Under the pieces are notes generated by a model. The model searched no databases. It worked only from the letters and a program-made list of their open reading frames with translations, and had not been told where the DNA came from. From an uncultured Gemmatimonadales bacterium (GTDB lineage Bacteria; Gemmatimonadota; Gemmatimonadetes; Gemmatimonadales; GWC2-71-9), in the NCBI GenBank assembly GCA_963828735.1, contig CAWHFW010000002.1, positions 800,001-864,000 of the forward strand: 64,000 bases of DNA, given 5' to 3'. Positions 1 through 9,199 of this stretch are shown here, piece after piece. Both the position numbers and the translations under genes were made by a program. Every line of letters begins with the position of its first letter. Position 1 is the first letter of the stretch.

Positions 1-729
1 GGCGAGGCGCTCCGGCAGATCCGCGGCAAACGGATCGGAATGATCTTTCAGGACCCCATGACCAGCCTGAATCCGGTCTTCACCGTCGGCGACCAGATCG
101 CCGAAGGCGTGCGCGCACACCTCCCGGTGACCAGGGCCGAGGCGCGGGAGCGCGCGCTGGCGCTGCTGCAGGAGGTCGGCATTCCGGACCCGGCGGGCCG
201 GCTCGATGCGTATCCGCATCAGCTCAGCGGGGGGATGCGGCAGCGGGTGATGATCGCGATCGCGCTGTCCGCCGAGCCCGAGATCCTGGTCGCGGACGAG
301 CCCACGACGGCGCTGGACGTGACCGTGCAGGCGCAGATCCTCGAGGTCCTCGATCGGCTCCGACGCGCCAGGGGCATGGCCGTGCTGTTGATCACGCACG
401 ATCTCGGCATCGTCGCGGGCCGCGCGGATCGGGTGGCGGTGATGTACGCCGGACAGATCGTCGAGGAGGCCACCACCGCGGAGCTGTTCGCGCGCCCGTC
501 GCACCCGTACACGAAGGGCCTGTTCGCCTCGGTGCCCAGGATCACCGGCCCGGTGCAGCGGCTCACGCCGATCGGCGGGACGGTGCCGCCACCGACCGCG
601 TGGCCGTCTGGCTGCCGGTTCCGGCCGCGCTGCCCGCAGGCGTTCGAGAAGAGCGAGCTACCGCCCGAGATGCTCCCGGTCGGCCCGGGACACCGGATGC
701 GCTGCTGGCTGGCGGAGGGGAGTGAATGA
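1..729 (+). CDS. Oligopeptide/dipeptide ABC transporter ATP-binding subunit (OppD/DppD-like), 5'-truncated by window edge
   Basis: Frame open from base 1; IFQDPM Q-loop, LSGGMRQR signature, ADEPTTALD Walker B, C-terminal GCRFRPRC oligo_HPY motif. Confidence 0.95.
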   Translation, partial: GEALRQIRGKRIGMIFQDPMTSLNPVFTVGDQIAEGVRAHLPVTRAEARERALALLQEVGIPDPAGRLDAYPHQLSGGMRQRVMIAIALSAEPEILVADEPTTALDVTVQAQILEVLDRLRRARGMAVLLITHDLGIVAGRADRVAVMYAGQIVEEATTAELFARPSHPYTKGLFASVPRITGPVQRLTPIGGTVPPPTAWPSGCRFRPRCPQAFEKSELPPEMLPVGPGHRMRCWLAEGSE

Positions 730-1727
730 CGGCGCTCCTCGAGGTGCAGGATCTCGTCAAGCACTACACGAGCGGCGGCCTCTTCGGACGCGCCGCCGCG
801 CCCGTGCGGGCGGTGGAGGGCGTCTCGTTCCACGTGGAGCGCGGCGAGACGCTCGCGCTCGTAGGCGAGAGCGGGTGCGGCAAGTCGTCGGTGGGGCGCA
901 CCATCTTGCGCCTCCAGGAACCGACCAGCGGCCAGGCGACGTTCGAGGGCACGAATGTGTTCACGCTGGACCGTGCCTCGTTGCGGCGGCTTCGCCGCCG
1001 GATGCAGATCATCTTCCAGGATCCGTACAGCAGCCTCAACCCCCGCATGACCGTTGGGGCCGCTGTGGCGGAGGGCATCGAGATCCATGGGCTGGCGCGC
1101 GGCGCCGACGTCGGTCGTCGCGTTGCCGCCCTGCTCGAGGAGGTCGGACTCGATCCCGGATACGCGAGGCGTTATCCCCATGAGTTCAGCGGTGGCCAAC
1201 GCCAGCGCATCGGGATCGCGCGGGCGCTCGCCGTCGAACCGAGCTTCATCGTCTGCGACGAACCCGTCTCCGCGCTCGACGTCTCCGTCCAGGCGCAGGT
1301 GCTCAACCTGCTGGCCGACCTGCAGCGCGAGCGCGGGTTGTCCTACCTCTTCATCGCGCACGACCTCGCCGTCGTGCGGCAGATCGCCCAGCGGGTCGAG
1401 GTGATGTATCTGGGCCGCATCGTGGAGTCGGGGCCGACGGAGGCGCTTCTCTCGTCGCCCCGGCATCCGTACACGGTTGCCCTGCTCTCGGCGGTCCCCG
1501 AGCCCGACCCGACGCGGCGCCGGTCGCGCATCGTGCTGGGCGGCGACCTGCCGAGTCCGTCGAACCCTCCCCCCGGCTGTCCCTTCCACACCCGCTGCTT
1601 CCACCCGGCACGCAATGAGCGCTGCCGTACCGAGCTGCCCGTCCTCCGGCCCGTCGGAGCCACGATGGCTGCCTGCCACTATGCCGAAACCACCCCCATA
1701 GCCGCACCGGCGGCCGCAGCGGGGTGA
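726..1727 (+). CDS. Oligopeptide/dipeptide ABC transporter ATP-binding subunit (OppF/DppF-like)
   Basis: GESGCGKS Walker [34 protein letters not shown] overlap with previous gene. Confidence 0.96.
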   Translation: MTALLEVQDLVKHYTSGGLFGRAAAPVRAVEGVSFHVERGETLALVGESGCGKSSVGRTILRLQEPTSGQATFEGTNVFTLDRASLRRLRRRMQIIFQDPYSSLNPRMTVGAAVAEGIEIHGLARGADVGRRVAALLEEVGLDPGYARRYPHEFSGGQRQRIGIARALAVEPSFIVCDEPVSALDVSVQAQVLNLLADLQRERGLSYLFIAHDLAVVRQIAQRVEVMYLGRIVESGPTEALLSSPRHPYTVALLSAVPEPDPTRRRSRIVLGGDLPSPSNPPPGCPFHTRCFHPARNERCRTELPVLRPVGATMAACHYAETTPIAAPAAAAG

Positions 1728-1841
1728 GCCCTCTCCCTTCCTCGCAACGGCTCGCATCGATGCGGTGAGTGTCGTCACGGCCCCACCAGCCGTACCGCCG
1801 CAGTATGTCCTCGAAGGATCGACCCTGACTACGAGGACACT

Positions 1842-2063
1842 ATGGCTGACGACAAGGACCTGGCAACCGAGGGCATGAAGGACCGGCTGAAGGGCGCGGC
1901 CAAGCAAGCCGAGGGCCGCGTGCGCGGCACGGTCGGAGGGGCCACCGGGGACACCAGCGAGCAATTGAAGGGCAAGGCGCAGGAGATCAAGGGAAAGGTC
2001 CAGCAGGAAATCGGCAAGGCAAAGCAGCGCGCCGATCCGGAGCCTGGCGTAGACGACGAGTGA
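1842..2063 (+). CDS. CsbD family general stress protein
   Basis: 73 aa; DRLKGAAKQAEGRVRGTVGGATGD...KGKAQEIKGKVQ pattern; GAGGA RBS. Confidence 0.9.
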   Translation: MADDKDLATEGMKDRLKGAAKQAEGRVRGTVGGATGDTSEQLKGKAQEIKGKVQQEIGKAKQRADPEPGVDDE

Positions 2064-2343
2064 CGCGTCGCCGGCGCGACCTCGCACCTGTCGTGTGGTA
2101 CCAGTCGAGGCTCGCACAGCTGCACACTGATCCATGGGAGGTCGTCGGCCGAGTGGCCGGCGGCCTCTCGACGTTTCCGTCGGTCGATCTCGACAGGGCG
2201 CCGCTCCGAACGGCGATGCCGCACGCTGGGAGGGACGCGGGATCGCACCGAGGGGAATACTGAAAGAAGGTGATCCGCCGGCGCTTGCCTAGCGGCCGCC
2301 GTGGCGCTACAACTGACGGAGCGACATTGACGGAGGCGGACCG

Positions 2344-3426
2344 GTGGACAGCGAACATTGGCAACCTTGGGCCTGGATTGCGATCGCGCTTTTCGGCGGC
2401 GTCGGGGCGGCGCTGCTGGTGCACGCGCTGCTCTACCATCTGTTCGACCGGATCGCCAAGAAAAGCCTGACCGAGGTGGACGACGTGCTCGTCCGTCACA
2501 CGTACTCGCCCACGCGCCTCCTCCTACCGATGCTCGCCTGCGTCGCCGTCTTCGACAGCTTCCTGAGCGTCTCCGTCTGGATCGTCCTCCTGCGCCGGGC
2601 GGCGGTCGTTGGCGTCATTTACTCTGCGGCTTGGCTCGTGGTCGGCTTGATCGGCGCGTTCGCGACGGTCATCGAGGACCGCTACCAACTCGGCGCTTCC
2701 GACAACCTGCAGGCGCGGCGGATCCGTACCCAGGTCGAGCTGCTGCAGCGCGTGGCCGTCGGCATCGTGGTGGTCATCGCGCTGGCTGCGGCCCTCATGA
2801 GCCTTCCCAGTGTCCGCCAGGTGGGATACAGCCTGTTCGCGTCCGCGGGGGTCGCCGGCCTGGCGCTTGGCATGGCGGCCCGGCCGACTCTCGGAAACAT
2901 GATCGCCGGCGTCCAGATCGCCCTCTCACAGCCCATCCGGCTTGACGACATGGTGGCCGTCGACAACGAATTCGGGCGGGTCGAGGAAATCAACGCAACC
3001 TACGTCGTGCTCAAGCTGGGGGACGAGCGGCGGATGGTGGTCCCACTCACCCGGTTCATCGAGCAGCCGTTCATCAACTGGACCCGGACCGGCACCTCGA
3101 CCCTTGGCTCGGTGCTGGTCTATGTCGACTACGACACCGACGTCGAATTGGTGCGCGCTGAGCTGAGCCGGATCGTCGAGGGCACTGAGCTCTGGGACCG
3201 ACGCGTCGCGATCGTTCAGGTCACCGATGCCAGCGAGCGCGCGATGCAGCTCCGCGCCCAGGTGAGCTCCGCGAACCCAGGCGAGGCATTCGACCTACGC
3301 TGCCTCGTACGGGAGCAGCTCATTGCGTTTCTGCAGCGCCAGCCAAGTGGACTCCCGCGCGTCCGCGTGGCAATTCAGCCCGAGGTTCTGCCGACGGCCA
3401 GTGACGGAGTGTCCGTCGGCGGTTGA
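2344..3426 (+). CDS. MscS family small-conductance mechanosensitive channel
   Basis: Several TM helices, LFASAGVAGLALGMAARPTLGNMIAG, QPIRLDD..V, GRVEEI; GTG start. Confidence 0.92.
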   Translation: MDSEHWQPWAWIAIALFGGVGAALLVHALLYHLFDRIAKKSLTEVDDVLVRHTYSPTRLLLPMLACVAVFDSFLSVSVWIVLLRRAAVVGVIYSAAWLVVGLIGAFATVIEDRYQLGASDNLQARRIRTQVELLQRVAVGIVVVIALAAALMSLPSVRQVGYSLFASAGVAGLALGMAARPTLGNMIAGVQIALSQPIRLDDMVAVDNEFGRVEEINATYVVLKLGDERRMVVPLTRFIEQPFINWTRTGTSTLGSVLVYVDYDTDVELVRAELSRIVEGTELWDRRVAIVQVTDASERAMQLRAQVSSANPGEAFDLRCLVREQLIAFLQRQPSGLPRVRVAIQPEVLPTASDGVSVGG

Positions 3427-3545
3427 AAATCCTGCCAGCCTAGCCCTCGCTGGCCACGCCGTGGTCGCGGCATAGATGCCACGCGCGAGCACCTGGGCTT
3501 GGCTCGAGACGCCAGTTCGGCACGGTGGTGATCCGATCCGGCGTG

Positions 3546-4682
3546 CTACGGCCGCCCCGTCGGCGCGAACTCCTCCATCGGCACCCAGGCTCCCGGCGTC
3601 CTCGTCCAGAACCCGGTGGCGTAGACGTAGACCTCACCGGACGGTCCGATGTAGAGCCCTGCCCCAGCGGCGAGATTGCAGTAGGTACACCGCAACAATC
3701 GCTCTCCCGTCTTTCGGACGAGGATGCGCTGGCGGTCATCGATCTCGAGGCGGTACCAGTGTACATGGTCGTGGCCCCGTGAGGGCGGTGGGACGGCCGT
3801 GTTATGAGTGCCCACCATGTAGAGGGCGCCGTCGCACTGGGTGAGAACCGCAAGGTTCTGGAAGCCACCGACACCCTGCCCCACGCGAATGCCAAGGCGG
3901 TGGAACGCCAGCCCCGGCGACTCCAGAGAGCCGCTGTCGGAGACGAAGAACTCGAGGATCTTCGAGCTGTGTACCCCGAGGATCATGAGGTAGCGACCGT
4001 CGGCAAGGCGGCCGAGTCCAACGGCGCTGGCCTGGATCGAGGTGGAGGGCGCCGGCACGTCACCGTGATCGAACGCGCCGAGGCGGCGCGGCCGCTTTGG
4101 GGTGCTGACGTCGTAGAAGGCGACCTGGGAATGGCCCTCCCCGTCCATCGGCACGGCGAGGACGGTCCCGACCAGCGACAGTCCGCCCGCGTGCGTGTAC
4201 CCGGAATCGAAGGGAATCCGCGCCACGACCCGATCCGCTTCCGGCGGCGCGCCGTTGCCTCCCCCTTCGGCCGGCACCCAGCTGGTGCCGAGCACACCGC
4301 CTCCCGGCGGCCGCGATCCAAATGACGCGATGAGGACCGCGGTCTGACTGCCGCTCCGGGAGATGAAGAAGTAGGTCGTGTCCCCCGTGCTGAGCCGCTG
4401 GATCCCCTGCCAGTGGCGCCGGTATCCGCCGACCCCTTCGGCGCCGGCGAGATGAAACCCGAGCGCCGTCCCCTGCTGTGGCAGGTGCGCGAGCGCGACC
4501 GGCACGTCAGGAATACAACGTTCCCCGGCCGTGTCCCTCCAAGCCAGCGTCGCGTCGCCGCGCATCACGATCGCGGGCGCACCTGGGGAAACGTGGTAGG
4601 TGGCAGCGCAACCCGGCAGCGCGGTCCAGAGGAACGCGACGCACCAGTGCCACCCATGCATCACCCGCCAGTTACGACCCAC
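3546..4682 (-). CDS. Hypothetical secreted lipoprotein, probably beta-propeller (true start may be the Met ~8 codons in)
   Basis: 378 aa ORF; hydrophobic leader ending LPGC; repeated beta-strand pattern with HWQGIQ and HAGG motifs. Confidence 0.65.
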   Translation of the reverse strand: MGRNWRVMHGWHWCVAFLWTALPGCAATYHVSPGAPAIVMRGDATLAWRDTAGERCIPDVPVALAHLPQQGTALGFHLAGAEGVGGYRRHWQGIQRLSTGDTTYFFISRSGSQTAVLIASFGSRPPGGGVLGTSWVPAEGGGNGAPPEADRVVARIPFDSGYTHAGGLSLVGTVLAVPMDGEGHSQVAFYDVSTPKRPRRLGAFDHGDVPAPSTSIQASAVGLGRLADGRYLMILGVHSSKILEFFVSDSGSLESPGLAFHRLGIRVGQGVGGFQNLAVLTQCDGALYMVGTHNTAVPPPSRGHDHVHWYRLEIDDRQRILVRKTGERLLRCTYCNLAAGAGLYIGPSGEVYVYATGFWTRTPGAWVPMEEFAPTGRP

Positions 4683-5093
4683 GAATCCATCCTGGAAGCG
4701 GAGCCCGGTGCCGATCGGGAAGAATCGTGCGCTCGCTGTGGACCGCGCCGCACGGGCGACGTCCCCGACGATCGCCCGAAGCTATCCGAACCGAGCGCGC
4801 CCGAACGATCACAATGACCGGATCGGCCGGTGGCCCGGCCTCTCGCATACATCGTCCTCGCCATCGAGGCTCCCCGCGGCAATGAGCAGATACGCGAGCT
4901 CGATCGGAACGTCAGGGGCGGCCTCCCTCGAATCAAGGGTGCGGCACCAGGCTCGGACCTAGACCTTGGGTCACGTTCAGGGGACGGTCGCTCGCGAGAT
5001 TAGCCGGCTCTACCGAGCGGGGGCCGAATGCGCGAGGTCCCCTTGGGTGTTCCGGACGGAACGAGGGACGAGGTCGAGAGGAAGGCAGAGACT

Positions 5094-5522
5094 ATGACGC
5101 ACGACGATGGGTCGGATCGGTGGGCCGCGGGGTCCTACGAGCTGGTGGGGGTGGGCGGCTCCCTGCTTCCGGCCAGAGCGGCCGTTGTACATCGCCAGAC
5201 CCGGCGGGTGGACCCATGCAGAATGCTCTCGGGCAACCTGCGGCTCAGTCCCGACAAGACGTACGTCGTGGAGTTGACCTCCGAGCACGATGGGGCGCCT
5301 GACATCACGTTCACCCAGGTGATGTCCGACTGCGGAACCTGGCGGTACGTGGCGTCCGGTCTCGATCGGACCAGCGGCTCGATTCTCATGACGGCCGTCA
5401 ACGGCGAACAGACCGCGGCAGCGTTGACCGGCGTCTCACTGGTCCACTACGCACCCGTTTCCATGCGCGCCGTGCAGTGGACCGTCTTCAACTGGGTGTA
5501 CCTGAGGCAGGACCTGGCCTGA
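5094..5522 (+). CDS. Hypothetical protein (beta-rich, lipocalin-like pattern)
   Basis: ATG preceded by GAGGAAGG; GSYEL...GTW pattern typical of small beta-barrels. Confidence 0.55.
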   Translation: MTHDDGSDRWAAGSYELVGVGGSLLPARAAVVHRQTRRVDPCRMLSGNLRLSPDKTYVVELTSEHDGAPDITFTQVMSDCGTWRYVASGLDRTSGSILMTAVNGEQTAAALTGVSLVHYAPVSMRAVQWTVFNWVYLRQDLA

Positions 5523-5592
5523 TCCGCGGGGTGAGCGACCCGCGCTTTGAACCATTGAGAGGCCCCGATCCTCCCGGAGACCTCCCGCGCGC

Positions 5593-5675
5593 CTCGTGAA
5601 CGCCCCCTTCACTTCCCTCCGTTTCTTTCCTTACTTCAATCCGCACTTCAATCCGCTCCAACCCCCGTTCACGAG
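5593..5675. repeat. Pyrimidine-rich tract with tandem 12-bp repeat, bracketed by a 10-bp inverted repeat
   Basis: ACTTCAATCCGC x2 at 5633-5656; CTCGTGAACG (5593-5602) / CGTTCACGAG (5666-5675). Confidence 0.75.
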
Positions 5676-5681
5676 CGCCCC

Positions 5682-6479
5682 ATGCCCGTCGTCCAAGCGT
5701 TCACCCAAGTGGACGCGTTCACCGACCGACCCTTCGCCGGCAACCCGGCGGCGGTCTGCGTACTGCCCACGGCCCGTGACGCGACGTGGATGCAGCTGGT
5801 GGCGCGCGAGATGAATCTGGCCGCGACGGCCTTTCTCGTTCGCCGAGACGTCGAGTTCGATCTCCGATGGTTTACGCCGACGGCCGAGGTGGATCTGTGC
5901 GGTCACGCGACGCTGGCGAGCGCGCACGTGTTCTGGGAGGACGGGCATCTTCCCCCCGACGCCACCGTGCGTTTCCACACGCACAGCGGGCTCCTGACCG
6001 CTGAGCGACGGGAGGGACTCATCTGGCTCGACTTTCCCGCCACGCCTCCGGCCGCGGTGGCCGCGCCGGACGCGCTTCGCGACGCACTCGGCATTCCCCT
6101 CGGCTTCGTCGGCCGCACGCGCTTCGATTACCTGGTGGAGGTGGACGGGGAGGCCGCCGTGCGCGACCTGGTGCCGGACCTCTCGCGGCTGGCGAGGCTT
6201 CCGGTGCGGGGCGTGATCGTCACGGCCCGCTCCTCGACGGCCGACCACGATTTCGTGAGCCGGTTCTTCGCTCCCGCCGTCGGCATCCCGGAGGACCCCG
6301 CCACCGGCTCGGCGCATTGCGCGCTGGCACCCTACTGGGCCGCAAAGCTGGGCCGGTCCGAGCTCCGCGGCTATCAGGCGTCCGCGCGCAGCGGACGGAT
6401 CCGCGTCCGGCACGCGGGCGACCGGGTCCTGCTCGGCGGACAGGCGGTGACCGTCATGAGGGGGGAGCTGATGGCATGA
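5682..6479 (+). CDS. PhzF/YddE family isomerase/epimerase
   Basis: QVDAFTDRPFAGNPAAV, RWFTPTAEVDLCGHATL, EDPATGSAH motifs. Confidence 0.93.
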   Translation: MPVVQAFTQVDAFTDRPFAGNPAAVCVLPTARDATWMQLVAREMNLAATAFLVRRDVEFDLRWFTPTAEVDLCGHATLASAHVFWEDGHLPPDATVRFHTHSGLLTAERREGLIWLDFPATPPAAVAAPDALRDALGIPLGFVGRTRFDYLVEVDGEAAVRDLVPDLSRLARLPVRGVIVTARSSTADHDFVSRFFAPAVGIPEDPATGSAHCALAPYWAAKLGRSELRGYQASARSGRIRVRHAGDRVLLGGQAVTVMRGELMA

Positions 6480-6805
6480 ACCCGATCGAGGCCTTCGAGA
6501 CGCTGGACCTCAGGGTGGGACGCGTGCTGCGGGCGGAGCCAAACGAGCGCGCGCGAAAGCCGTCCTACAAGCTCTGGATCGATTTCGGTCCGCTGGGAGA
6601 GAAGACCTCGAGCGCGCAGCTCCGAGCGATCTATGCCGCCGAGGAGCTCGTCGGACGCCTGGTGATCGGTGCCGTGAACCTGGGCACACGGAACATCGCC
6701 GGATTCACCTCGGAGGTGCTCGTGCTGGGCCTGCCCGACGAAGGCGGGAACGTCGTCCTGCTGGCGGTCGAGCGTGAGGTGCCGCTCGGCGGGCAAGTTT
6801 ATTAG
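6476..6805 (+). CDS. csaA: CsaA-like tRNA-binding/export chaperone (OB fold)
   Basis: DLRVGRV...ARKPSYKLWIDFGPLGEKTSSAQL...VNL...SEVLVLG; ATGA overlap with phzF-like gene. Confidence 0.9.
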   Translation: MNPIEAFETLDLRVGRVLRAEPNERARKPSYKLWIDFGPLGEKTSSAQLRAIYAAEELVGRLVIGAVNLGTRNIAGFTSEVLVLGLPDEGGNVVLLAVEREVPLGGQVY

Positions 6806-6818
6806 TGCGGGGAGACCG

Positions 6819-7226
6819 TCAGGGCTGCTCGTCCGGGACCGGCCGCACCACCAGACCGGTGACGGCGCCATCCCGATCGAGACTCCACTCGATGAGCATG
6901 GGCCGGAGCGACATCTTGAAGGACGCCGTGCGCTGGTAGACGCTGAAGGGCGTTACCCCGTTCACCCGCTCGTCGAGCGCGCGCTTCTCCGGTCCGAGCC
7001 GTGAGACCGCACGGCCCGCGAACGAGGCGAGATCACCCACGCTGCCGAACGTCTGCTGCATCTCCGGCGAGAACCGGTCCCACAACTTCTGGTACTGGCT
7101 GCCGTAGAGCCAGCTGGTGTACAATCGTCCCTGCTCCAGCAGGGTGGGGGGCTGCTTGTCACCCCGCGGGGCGCAGGCCGAGAGGGCCGCGATACCGACG
7201 AGTCCCCATACACGCGCACGCATCAC
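6819..7226 (-). CDS. Hypothetical lipoprotein (DUF3887-like)
   Basis: Lipobox LSAC; LWDRFSPEMQ and DGAVTGL.V.P motifs. Confidence 0.7.
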   Translation of the reverse strand: MMRARVWGLVGIAALSACAPRGDKQPPTLLEQGRLYTSWLYGSQYQKLWDRFSPEMQQTFGSVGDLASFAGRAVSRLGPEKRALDERVNGVTPFSVYQRTASFKMSLRPMLIEWSLDRDGAVTGLVVRPVPDEQP

Positions 7227-7275
7227 TCACTCTCCACGGTCCACTGGACCAGATCCCCTGACCACAGGAGCCGCC

Positions 7276-8101
7276 ATGCGGGTGTACATCTCCGTCGACA
7301 TGGAAGGTGTGGCCGGCGTCGTTCACGAGGACCAGACCGACCCGATCGATCCCCGCCATGCGGGAGAGTATAACAGATTTCGCCGCCTCATGACGGCCGA
7401 AGCCAATGCGGCCATCGAGGGCGCGCTCGCCGCCGGGGCCGAGCGCGTGCTGGTGAACGACAGCCACTGGCTCATGCGGAACCTGCTCGCCGAGGAGCTG
7501 CACCCGGCGGCCGAGCTTCTGAGCGGCGGGCCCAAGGCGCAGTCGATGGTGGAAGGTGTCGAGCTCGGCTTCGACGCGGCTCTGTTCGTGGGATACCACG
7601 CCATGGGCGGCACCGGCCACGCGATCATCGATCACACCTACACGAGCCTGGTGCACGAAGCCAGGCTGAACGGGCGCGCCGTGGGCGAGCTCGCCATCAA
7701 CGCCGCTCTGGCGGGCACCTACGATGTGCCGGTCGCGCTCGTGAGTGGTGACCAGGCGCTTGCGGCCGAGGCGCGCGAGCTGCTCGGTCCCTCCGTCGAG
7801 ACCGTGGTGGTGAAGCATGCGGTCGGTCGCTTCGCCGCCCGCAGCGTCGCGCCTGCCGAGGCCTGCCGCCGCATTCGCGAAGGAGCGAGCACGGCTCTGC
7901 GCCGCTCGCATGCGCCGTTCCGGCTGGCGGCGCCCATCCGCCTCGAGGTGGACTTCGCCGAGACCCAAATGGCCGACATGGCGGAGTTGGCCCCGGGGTC
8001 GGTTCGCGTCGGCCGGGCGTACGGTGACGTTCACGCACGATGACTACCGTGAGGTCTTTCGCGCCTGGAGGGCACTGTACAACCTGGCCGGCGTGAAGTA
8101 A
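7276..8101 (+). pseudogene. M55 family D-aminopeptidase (DppA-like) with a +1 frameshift near 8013; probable sequence error
   Basis: SVDMEG, VNDSH, GYHAM and HT metal-binding motifs; C-terminal RTVTFTHDDYREVFRAWRALYNLA lies in the next frame; removing one C from GGCCGGG restores VGGRTV. Confidence 0.88.
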
Positions 8102-8138
8102 GGCGGTTCCCGCCCTTCACCGGCCTGACCCCGCTGCT

Positions 8139-8164
8139 GGAACCAATCCCGCTCCCACGGCATT
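8139..8164 (+). promoter_or_regulatory. ECF sigma promoter (GGAACC-N16-CATT) for the HbpS-cupin-gluconolactonase operon
   Basis: GGAACC aatcccgctcccacgg CATT, 50 bp before ATG 8214; one of five copies. Confidence 0.78.
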
Positions 8165-8213
8165 AGAGCCCGCGTCACCGGGCACCCATTCTCCACGCCG
8201 AGGAGCGACACCC

Positions 8214-8708
8214 ATGAGACTTTCTCCCTCCATTCTCACCGCCGCGGCGCTCCTGGCCCTGGGCGGTCGAGCCCATGCGCAGACTACCGAGACGAAATCG
8301 ACGCTCACGCTCGAGGGCGCGAAGAGCATCGCGGCCGCCGCATCTGCCGAAGCGAAGAAAGGCAACGAAGGCGCCTCTATCGCCATCGTCGATGACGGCG
8401 GCAACCTGATGTACCTCGAGCGGTTGCAGCCCACCTTTCCGATGGGCGCCACGATCTCCACCGAAAAAGCTCGCACGGCCGCTCTGTTCCAGAAGCCGAC
8501 CAAGATCCTCGAGGACGCCATCGTCGGCGGCCGGACGCCGTTGCTGAACGTCTGGTCCGCGCCGCTCAACGGCGGCGAGCCGATCGTCGTGAACGGACAG
8601 GTCGTCGGCGCCATCGGGGTGAGCGGAGCCTCGAGCGCCGCGCGTGATGCCGTCATCGCCCTGGCCGGCGCAGCCGCGCTCGGTGGCAAGACCAGCGCGT
8701 CCAGGTGA
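8214..8708 (+). CDS. Secreted GlcG/HbpS family heme-binding protein
   Basis: Signal peptide (AHA); IAIVDDGG.L, KARTA, GG.PI...GQVVGAIGVSG. Confidence 0.92.
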   Translation: MRLSPSILTAAALLALGGRAHAQTTETKSTLTLEGAKSIAAAASAEAKKGNEGASIAIVDDGGNLMYLERLQPTFPMGATISTEKARTAALFQKPTKILEDAIVGGRTPLLNVWSAPLNGGEPIVVNGQVVGAIGVSGASSAARDAVIALAGAAALGGKTSASR

Positions 8709-8719
8709 GGAGCCCTCCG

Positions 8720-9199
8720 ATGCGATACCGGAACTGGCTTGCCGCCGCCCTGGCGACCCTGCCCGTCGTGGCTGGCGCGCAAACGACCGCCCAGGTGAGC
8801 GACGCGGCCGTGACCTATCTCCCCGCCGACCAGGTGAAGACCGCGTTCGCGAAGGGCGTGCCGATGGTCGAGGTGGGCGACTACAAGATCCACGCGAGCC
8901 GGCGCGAAGCCCCCGGCATGGCGGAGATCCACACTCGCGATACCGATATCGCGTACATCATCCAGGGGTCGGCGACGCTCGTCACCGGCGGCACCGCCGT
9001 CGGCGTCAAGGCGATCGGCCCGGAGGAGCTGCGTGGCACCGCCATCGAGGGCGGATCGACGCGCCAGCTCGAGGTAGGCGACGTCGTCGTCATCCCGAAC
9101 GGTACCCCGCACTGGTTCAAGAGCGTGCGTGGGCCCTTGCTGTACTACGTCGTGAAGGTGCGCCAGGCCGCCCGCGAGACGGCAACGGGGGCCATGTGA
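8720..9199 (+). CDS. Secreted cupin-domain protein
   Basis: Signal peptide; EIHTRDTD and GDVVVIPNGTPHWF cupin motifs. Confidence 0.88.
   Translation: MRYRNWLAAALATLPVVAGAQTTAQVSDAAVTYLPADQVKTAFAKGVPMVEVGDYKIHASRREAPGMAEIHTRDTDIAYIIQGSATLVTGGTAVGVKAIGPEELRGTAIEGGSTRQLEVGDVVVIPNGTPHWFKSVRGPLLYYVVKVRQAARETATGAM

Noticed and set aside
1728..1841. Expected ECF motif upstream of csbD (and of mscS)
   Set aside because: No match found, so these stress genes are not assigned to the regulon
219..2135. Long antisense ORFs (also 9145-10719, 16091-18703, 22689-24788, 33290-35611, 43348-45693 and others)
   Set aside because: Shadow frames of well-supported genes in ~70% GC DNA; no motifs or RBS
2060..2263. 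67-aa ORF overlapping the csbD stop
   Set aside because: No recognisable domain or supporting evidence beyond the overlap
4683..5093. Possible small gene or riboswitch in the divergent intergenic region
   Set aside because: The protein-like stretch lacks a start codon and no known RNA motif was recognised
5682..6479. Phenazine biosynthesis cluster
   Set aside because: Lone PhzF-family gene with no phzA/B/D/E/G neighbours
8005..8025. Programmed ribosomal frameshifting in the M55 gene or ADOP 4
   Set aside because: No slippery sequence or stimulatory structure; single-base error or mutation is simpler
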